DNA from: Bacteroidota bacterium
GTDB taxonomy: Bacteria; Bacteroidota; Ignavibacteria; UBA10030; SZUA-254
NCBI GenBank assembly: GCA_020056225.1
Contig: JAGVIE010000030.1
Coordinates: 42,492-106,491, forward strand
Length of the DNA stretch: 64,000 nt
Reading direction: 5' to 3'
Shown here: piece by piece, positions 59,025-64,000 of the stretch
Layout: every line of letters begins with the position of its first letter
Position numbering within the stretch: the first letter of the stretch is position 1
Program-made: the position numbers and the translations under genes
The notes under the pieces: model-generated
Told to the model about the DNA's origin: nothing
Databases searched by the model: none
The model's input: only the letters and a program-made list of their open reading frames with translations

Positions 59025-61643
59025 ATGATCGGCAAAGCCATATCACACTACAAGATTTTAGAGAAACTCGGTGAAGGTGGAATGGGTGTAGTTTATAAAG
59101 CCCACGACACCAAGCTTGACCGGGATGTGGCACTTAAATTCCTCCCACGCGATATCTCTCAATCAGACGATGAGCGCAATCGCTTTACCCATGAAGCAAA
59201 AGCTGCCTCTGCGCTCGACCATCCAAATATCTGTACGATACACGAAGTTGATGAAACTGCAGATGGACAGCAGTTCATCGTTATGGGCTACTATGAAGGG
59301 ATATCTATAAGTAAAAAAATAGAGAAAGGACGCCTCGATGTAACTGAAGCCGTGTGGATTGCTATTCAGATTGCAGAAGGATTGCAGGTGGCGCACGAAA
59401 AAGGCATTGTGCATCGGGATATAAAGAGCAGTAACATCATTGTGTCAGACAAGGGACAGGTAAAAATCCTCGACTTCGGTTTAGCACGAAAGAAGGGATT
59501 AAGCAAGCTTACAAAAACGGGAACCACAGTTGGCACTGCTTCGTACATGTCGCCTGAACAGGCACGCGGAAATACAATTGATCACCGAACTGACCTCTGG
59601 TCGTTGGGTGTGGTGTTGTATGAGATGGTTACAGGAAGATTACCATTTCGTGGAGAACACGAAGCAGCGATATTATATTCAGTTGTAAACGTTGAGCCGG
59701 AACCAATACAAACATCCGTACCGGACGCATCGCCAGAGTTGGTGCATATTATCCGGAGGGCTTTAGAGAAGGATCCTGCCGAACGATATAAGACCGCTGA
59801 GGATATGCTAATTGATCTGAGGAGACTGAAGAAGGATACATCGGGGACGGGATTTCCCCCGATATCTGGTGAAAAGAAGAAGCTGTCTTCGCGCCGAAAC
59901 AAAATAATTGTTGCTGCAGGTATATTAATTCTATTCTGTGTTTTAGGTTATCTATTCTTATTTAAAAAAGGAGTGGAAATTAATCCCAATTTTACTTCAC
60001 GCTGGCTCCAAGTTCCTTTTAATACTCTCTCATTTCCGGCACTCTCTCCGGATGGAAAGTTGATAGTATTCGGAGCTAGAGATAAAAATAAAAAGTGGGA
60101 CTTATATGTTATAAACGTAACGGGTGGTGAGACTCGACAACTTACTCAAGACTCAACTGAAGTAATATTTACACCAAACGTTTCGTCTGATGGTGAAAAA
60201 ATAGTATATGGCAGAAAATCAGGTGCTACTTACGAAATATGTATCATACCGTTTATAGGCGGAATGAGTAAGAGTATTGGTATAGGCAATACGCCTAAAT
60301 GGTCCCCAGATGGTAAAAGAATTGGATATATGCTCGATAATGGTCCTTTCGCAAACAGCAAAAGTGGTAATGGTGAATTCTGGACAATGTATCCCGACGG
60401 CACAGATTCACGACTGGAATTCATTGACACTATTGCCGCTGGTCCAATATTCTCTTTCGCTTGGTCGCCCGATGGGGGCTCAGTTGCTTGGGTACGGCAA
60501 CTTGAACAACGACACTGTGAAATAATAATTCACAATCTAGCGACCGATATTGAATATCCTGTCATTTCTGACAAAACCACTAAAAATGAGCTCTATTGGA
60601 CATCCAATGGCCACCTTATTTATTCGTCCTCAGTGGGTGATGAGATGAATATCTGGATGATCTCTACATCCGGCGGAATCCCAAAGCCAATCACTAAAGG
60701 AATGGGTAGTGTGGACTTTCCAACAGTTTCAAAGGATGGCAAAACACTGCTCTTTCAACAAATCAGAATCACGGGTCACCTGTGGCTGACAAAAATGGAT
60801 GGATCGATGGGGCGTGAAGAGGTATTTTCGACGGATCAACGTTTTGATTACCCGGATATCTCTCCTGACGGGAAGTATATCGCAATGGGAATGAGAATGA
60901 CAGGCACACTCATGGATGTAGCAGGTACAATTACGAGTCATTTATTTATAATGAATCGGGACGGTACAAATCTGCGGCAAATAACTTCAGGAGAAATTAC
61001 ATGTAATAAGCCGAGATGGTCTCCTGATGGGAAAATGATCTCTTATTATGCGAAGGGCAGATATGAACCAATTGATTCATTCAAGGTCTATGTCGTGAAT
61101 CCGCACAAACTTGATGTGCCACGGGTCGTTAGGTATGGTGGTAATCAATCGTGGGTAGATTCAGTTACTCTCGAGATCGAATTAGGAAGTAAATCCTACA
61201 TTGGGAGGTCGGAAGGCGGGGTATGGCGTTCGTATCTTGACGGCAGAAAGACAGAACGTTTTTCTCAGGATTCGATACATGCACGTACAATTTGTAACGG
61301 AGAGTATGTGTGCTGGACGGATCGACGTCAGCGCGCCCAGATTGCACTCGCTTCAACCAAGGTGTGTCGTGCAGAAGATTGGGATGGCGTCGGCCCGCCA
61401 GGTTTGGTCGACTTGGGGGTACCGTATATTTATTCAAATTATGATGCCCTTTATTATCGTCGAGGGATGGATGTGTACCGTTTTTCCTTCCACGACTGGA
61501 AAATGGAAAAACTAAATGTCAATATTCAAGGTATCGATTCGCTCAGTTTTTTCATCCGCACAACCGCGGACGGGAAGGATATGATCTACAAAACAACCGA
61601 ATCTATAAACAAACTAGGTGTGATTGAGAATTTGTTTAAGTAG
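59025..61643 (+). CDS. Hanks-type Ser/Thr kinase with a TM segment and extracytoplasmic TolB-like (PD40) beta-propeller
   Basis: LGEGGMG, VALK, HRDIK, DFG, YMSPEQ and DLWSLG; TM segment; repeated WSPDG. Confidence 0.93.
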   Translation: MIGKAISHYKILEKLGEGGMGVVYKAHDTKLDRDVALKFLPRDISQSDDERNRFTHEAKAASALDHPNICTIHEVDETADGQQFIVMGYYEGISISKKIEKGRLDVTEAVWIAIQIAEGLQVAHEKGIVHRDIKSSNIIVSDKGQVKILDFGLARKKGLSKLTKTGTTVGTASYMSPEQARGNTIDHRTDLWSLGVVLYEMVTGRLPFRGEHEAAILYSVVNVEPEPIQTSVPDASPELVHIIRRALEKDPAERYKTAEDMLIDLRRLKKDTSGTGFPPISGEKKKLSSRRNKIIVAAGILILFCVLGYLFLFKKGVEINPNFTSRWLQVPFNTLSFPALSPDGKLIVFGARDKNKKWDLYVINVTGGETRQLTQDSTEVIFTPNVSSDGEKIVYGRKSGATYEICIIPFIGGMSKSIGIGNTPKWSPDGKRIGYMLDNGPFANSKSGNGEFWTMYPDGTDSRLEFIDTIAAGPIFSFAWSPDGGSVAWVRQLEQRHCEIIIHNLATDIEYPVISDKTTKNELYWTSNGHLIYSSSVGDEMNIWMISTSGGIPKPITKGMGSVDFPTVSKDGKTLLFQQIRITGHLWLTKMDGSMGREEVFSTDQRFDYPDISPDGKYIAMGMRMTGTLMDVAGTITSHLFIMNRDGTNLRQITSGEITCNKPRWSPDGKMISYYAKGRYEPIDSFKVYVVNPHKLDVPRVVRYGGNQSWVDSVTLEIELGSKSYIGRSEGGVWRSYLDGRKTERFSQDSIHARTICNGEYVCWTDRRQRAQIALASTKVCRAEDWDGVGPPGLVDLGVPYIYSNYDALYYRRGMDVYRFSFHDWKMEKLNVNIQGIDSLSFFIRTTADGKDMIYKTTESINKLGVIENLFK

Positions 61644-61646
61644 GAT

Positions 61647-62285
61647 ATGATCGGTCAAACAATATCGCATATTATTGTTAAATCTGAAAATCCAATAATC
61701 AAAAAGAGAAAACCTCTCCGATTGAAGGAATATGACTATTTATTAGACGGTTCATATTTTGTAACGATTTGTACAAAGGGTCGCGAGAATTTGTTTGGAA
61801 TAATAATCGATAGTACGATGAGTGAGAACGAATTTGGGGTGATAGTACGATCATGCTGGAATGATTTACCCGGACATTACAAAAATATATCATTGGATGA
61901 ATTTGTCGTGATGCCGAACCATGTGCATGGTATTATTATCATTGATAATCCCGTAGGGGTGATTCATGAATCACCCCTACAGATGAATAAATTGGCACGG
62001 CGGCAGATGTTGCTGCCGAAAATAGTTGGTAGGTTTAAACAAAACACCGCAAAACAGATCAACATCATGCGGGGGACATACGGGGAAACTGTCTGGCAAC
62101 GTAATTACTATGAGCACATTATCCGTAATGAAAGATCATTGTATAAAATCCGTGAATACATAAGAACGAATCCGGTACGATGGACATGGGATAAAGAAAA
62201 TACGTTGTATCAAGACACAGATGAATTTGATCGTTGGTTGAACGAAAAAGGTAAACAAAAGATTAAATCTCGAAAGATTCTATAG
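61647..62285 (+). mobile_element. REP-associated tyrosine transposase (RayT-type Y1 transposase)
   Basis: RKPLRLKEYDY, YFVTICT, MPNHVH (HUH), WQRNYYEHIIR and EYIRTNP (Tyr). Confidence 0.9.
61953..61980. repeat. Perfect 28-bp GTAG-type REP palindrome inside the transposase ORF
   Basis: GTAGGGGTGATTCA|TGAATCACCCCTAC, translated in frame as VGVIHESPL. Confidence 0.9.
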
Positions 62286-62324
62286 ACATAGAACAAATTT
62301 CTTAACCCAACTGCAAACGGACTT

Positions 62325-62726
62325 ATGCGAAGGAACTTTAAACGTCAAATATCGTCATTATCGCAAATCTTCAGTTTTGTGAATGAGATATTAATAATGT
62401 ATGAAGTTAACGAAGCAAATTCATTTTCCATCAATTTAGCAATCGAGGAATTGTTTACCAACATCGTTAAGTACAACCGGAATTCGGATAGCGACATCAC
62501 CATCGAGATTGAAAAAGAGGGAAGGAATTTAAAAGTGAACCTCATAGATCACGGTGGCGATGAATTTGATGTAACTAAAACTCAAGAAGTCGATGTAACC
62601 CGGCGGTTGGAAGAGCGCAAAGTAGGCGGACTTGGACTTCACCTCGTGAAAAAGATGATTGATACCCTTGAGTACAAATACTCTAACGGAGAAAGCAGAA
62701 TAACATTTACAAAAAATCTGGAGTAA
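62325..62726 (+). CDS. Anti-sigma factor/serine kinase, RsbW-like (HATPase_c_2)
   Basis: LAIEELFTNIVKY, DHGGDEFD and GGLGLHLVKK. Confidence 0.9.
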   Translation: MRRNFKRQISSLSQIFSFVNEILIMYEVNEANSFSINLAIEELFTNIVKYNRNSDSDITIEIEKEGRNLKVNLIDHGGDEFDVTKTQEVDVTRRLEERKVGGLGLHLVKKMIDTLEYKYSNGESRITFTKNLE

Positions 62727-62730
62727 ATCA

Positions 62731-63015
62731 ATGTTTAATGCAAAAATTCTTGATACTGGTGAAATATTGTTTGCGGGTCGGCTTGATGCCTCGCAAGTAG
62801 ATATGGCTGAAAAACTACTTGAAGAAGTCACAACATCTCGCACATTAAATTTTAAAGAACTTGAATACATATCGAGCGCCGGCTTGGGAATTCTGCTGGC
62901 ACATCAGAAACGTTTAAAAGAAACCGGACACGCCATGCGGTTAGTTAATCTAAATAAACATGTTAAAGATATTTTCGTTCTAACAGGATTTGACCATATT
63001 TTTGAGATTGAGTAA
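62731..63015 (+). CDS. STAS anti-anti-sigma factor, RsbV-like
   Basis: GRLDA, LEYISSAGL (phosphorylatable Ser) and IFVLTGF. Confidence 0.92.
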   Translation: MFNAKILDTGEILFAGRLDASQVDMAEKLLEEVTTSRTLNFKELEYISSAGLGILLAHQKRLKETGHAMRLVNLNKHVKDIFVLTGFDHIFEIE

Positions 63016-63062
63016 ACGAAGCAACAAATTGCCACCAACTTTTTCATCTTTCACTTGTATTT

Positions 63063-63605
63063 ATGAATAGAGAAGATGATCATATACTTGTTCGACAATG
63101 TCTTCAAGGTAATCAAAAAGCTTTTGAAGAAATTGTAGAGAGATATCACAAGATCATATTCAATGTTGGTTTAAGAGTTTTGAACGATCCTGAGGATGCT
63201 GCAGATGTTACACAAACGGCTTTCCTCAAGGCGTATGAAAATCTTTGTAAATTTAATGAGCGATATAAATTTTTTAGCTGGCTTTATAAGATTGCCGTAA
63301 ACGAGTCGTTAAATGTACTTAAACAAAGGAAGCAAACACAAGGAATTGATTCGGGGATTGCTTCAGTGGGAAAGAATCCCGAGGAAACTTATAAGGATGT
63401 TGAATTAAGCGAGAAAATTCAGAATGCGATCATGAAGATTGGAATAGATTATAGAGTAGTGATAGTGCTCAGCCATTTTCAAGACCTTTCATACGGTGAG
63501 ATCAGTTATATTCTTGATCTTCCGGTAAAGACGGTAAAATCGAGATTGTTCACAGCGAGAAAACTGCTGAGAGATATTCTAAGGAAAGAAGGTGTTTATG
63601 ATTGA
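63063..63605 (+). CDS. ECF RNA polymerase sigma factor
   Basis: DAADVTQTAFLKAY, FFSWLYKIAVN and LSYGEIS...TVKSRL. Confidence 0.93.
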   Translation: MNREDDHILVRQCLQGNQKAFEEIVERYHKIIFNVGLRVLNDPEDAADVTQTAFLKAYENLCKFNERYKFFSWLYKIAVNESLNVLKQRKQTQGIDSGIASVGKNPEETYKDVELSEKIQNAIMKIGIDYRVVIVLSHFQDLSYGEISYILDLPVKTVKSRLFTARKLLRDILRKEGVYD

Positions 63606-64000
63606 GGAAAAATATTTGGAGTTAATCAATCGAGAAGTCGATCATATGATCTCGCCGAGACAAAGTAAAAAATTAAGAAAATACTTAAAGCACAACCCGG
63701 ATGCCCAAAGATATTATGCTGATCTTTTAGTTATTTCGAAAGAATTCTCACAAGTGAAGATTGTAGAGCCGCCCCAAAATCTGAAAAAGAACATTGTAAA
63801 TGCTCTTCCTGTTGGGAAATATAAAAAGTATGAGAGGCAGAATGTCTTTCAACGCTACTTTGAAACATTCCTCTTTGGGAATAAACCGCGGTATGCTTAT
63901 GTGTTTTCAGCAGGACTAATAACAGGAATTATTGTGATATCACTCTTGTTCATTATCCTTTATAAAAATAACTCTGTTAATATTCCCGATCTTTATGGAA
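63598..64000 (+). CDS. Putative membrane-anchored anti-sigma factor, truncated by the window end
   Basis: Not in the ORF track. ATG 63598 overlaps the sigma gene end: MIEEKYLELINREVDHMISPRQSKKLRKYLKHNPDAQRYY..., then a TM segment (YVFSAGLITGIIVISLLFII). Confidence 0.75.
   Translation, partial: MIEEKYLELINREVDHMISPRQSKKLRKYLKHNPDAQRYYADLLVISKEFSQVKIVEPPQNLKKNIVNALPVGKYKKYERQNVFQRYFETFLFGNKPRYAYVFSAGLITGIIVISLLFIILYKNNSVNIPDLYG

Noticed and set aside
486-62870. Numerous short antisense or overlapping ORFs in the six-frame track
   Set aside because: They lie within well-supported genes and show no recognisable motifs, so they were treated as shadow ORFs.

Overview
Bacterial chromosomal window, probably from an FCB-group organism (Ignavibacteria-like). 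This placement is inferred from a T9SS-type C-terminal sorting domain, a kinase starting MIGKAISHYKI and the dcw gene order. From left to right it holds: a partial response regulator and a secreted M14 carboxypeptidase; a ~12.5 kb catabolic operon (3751-16607); peptidases, tRNA-Leu(CAG) and ychF; a glycan foraging and sugar-salvage cluster; an MttB/corrinoid/homocysteine methyltransferase operon; an intact dcw cluster (mraZ to ftsZ); DUF4159 and DUF4175-like genes, an M28 peptidase and an amino-acid dehydrogenase; and finally a Ser/Thr kinase, a second RAYT and an RsbW/RsbV/ECF/anti-sigma module. The best candidate for an undescribed system is the catabolic operon. It joins a GNAT-fold protein, a thiolase-fold protein lacking the catalytic Cys with its DUF35 partner, AllH/AllF/AllG (YlbF/FdrA/YlbE) homologues, a cyclase-family amidohydrolase and a three-subunit molybdenum hydroxylase. 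Its leader can form mutually exclusive hairpins, and it is interrupted by a nuclease-like gene and a REP-flanked Y1 transposase. All calls come from motif recognition by eye; no database searches were run.
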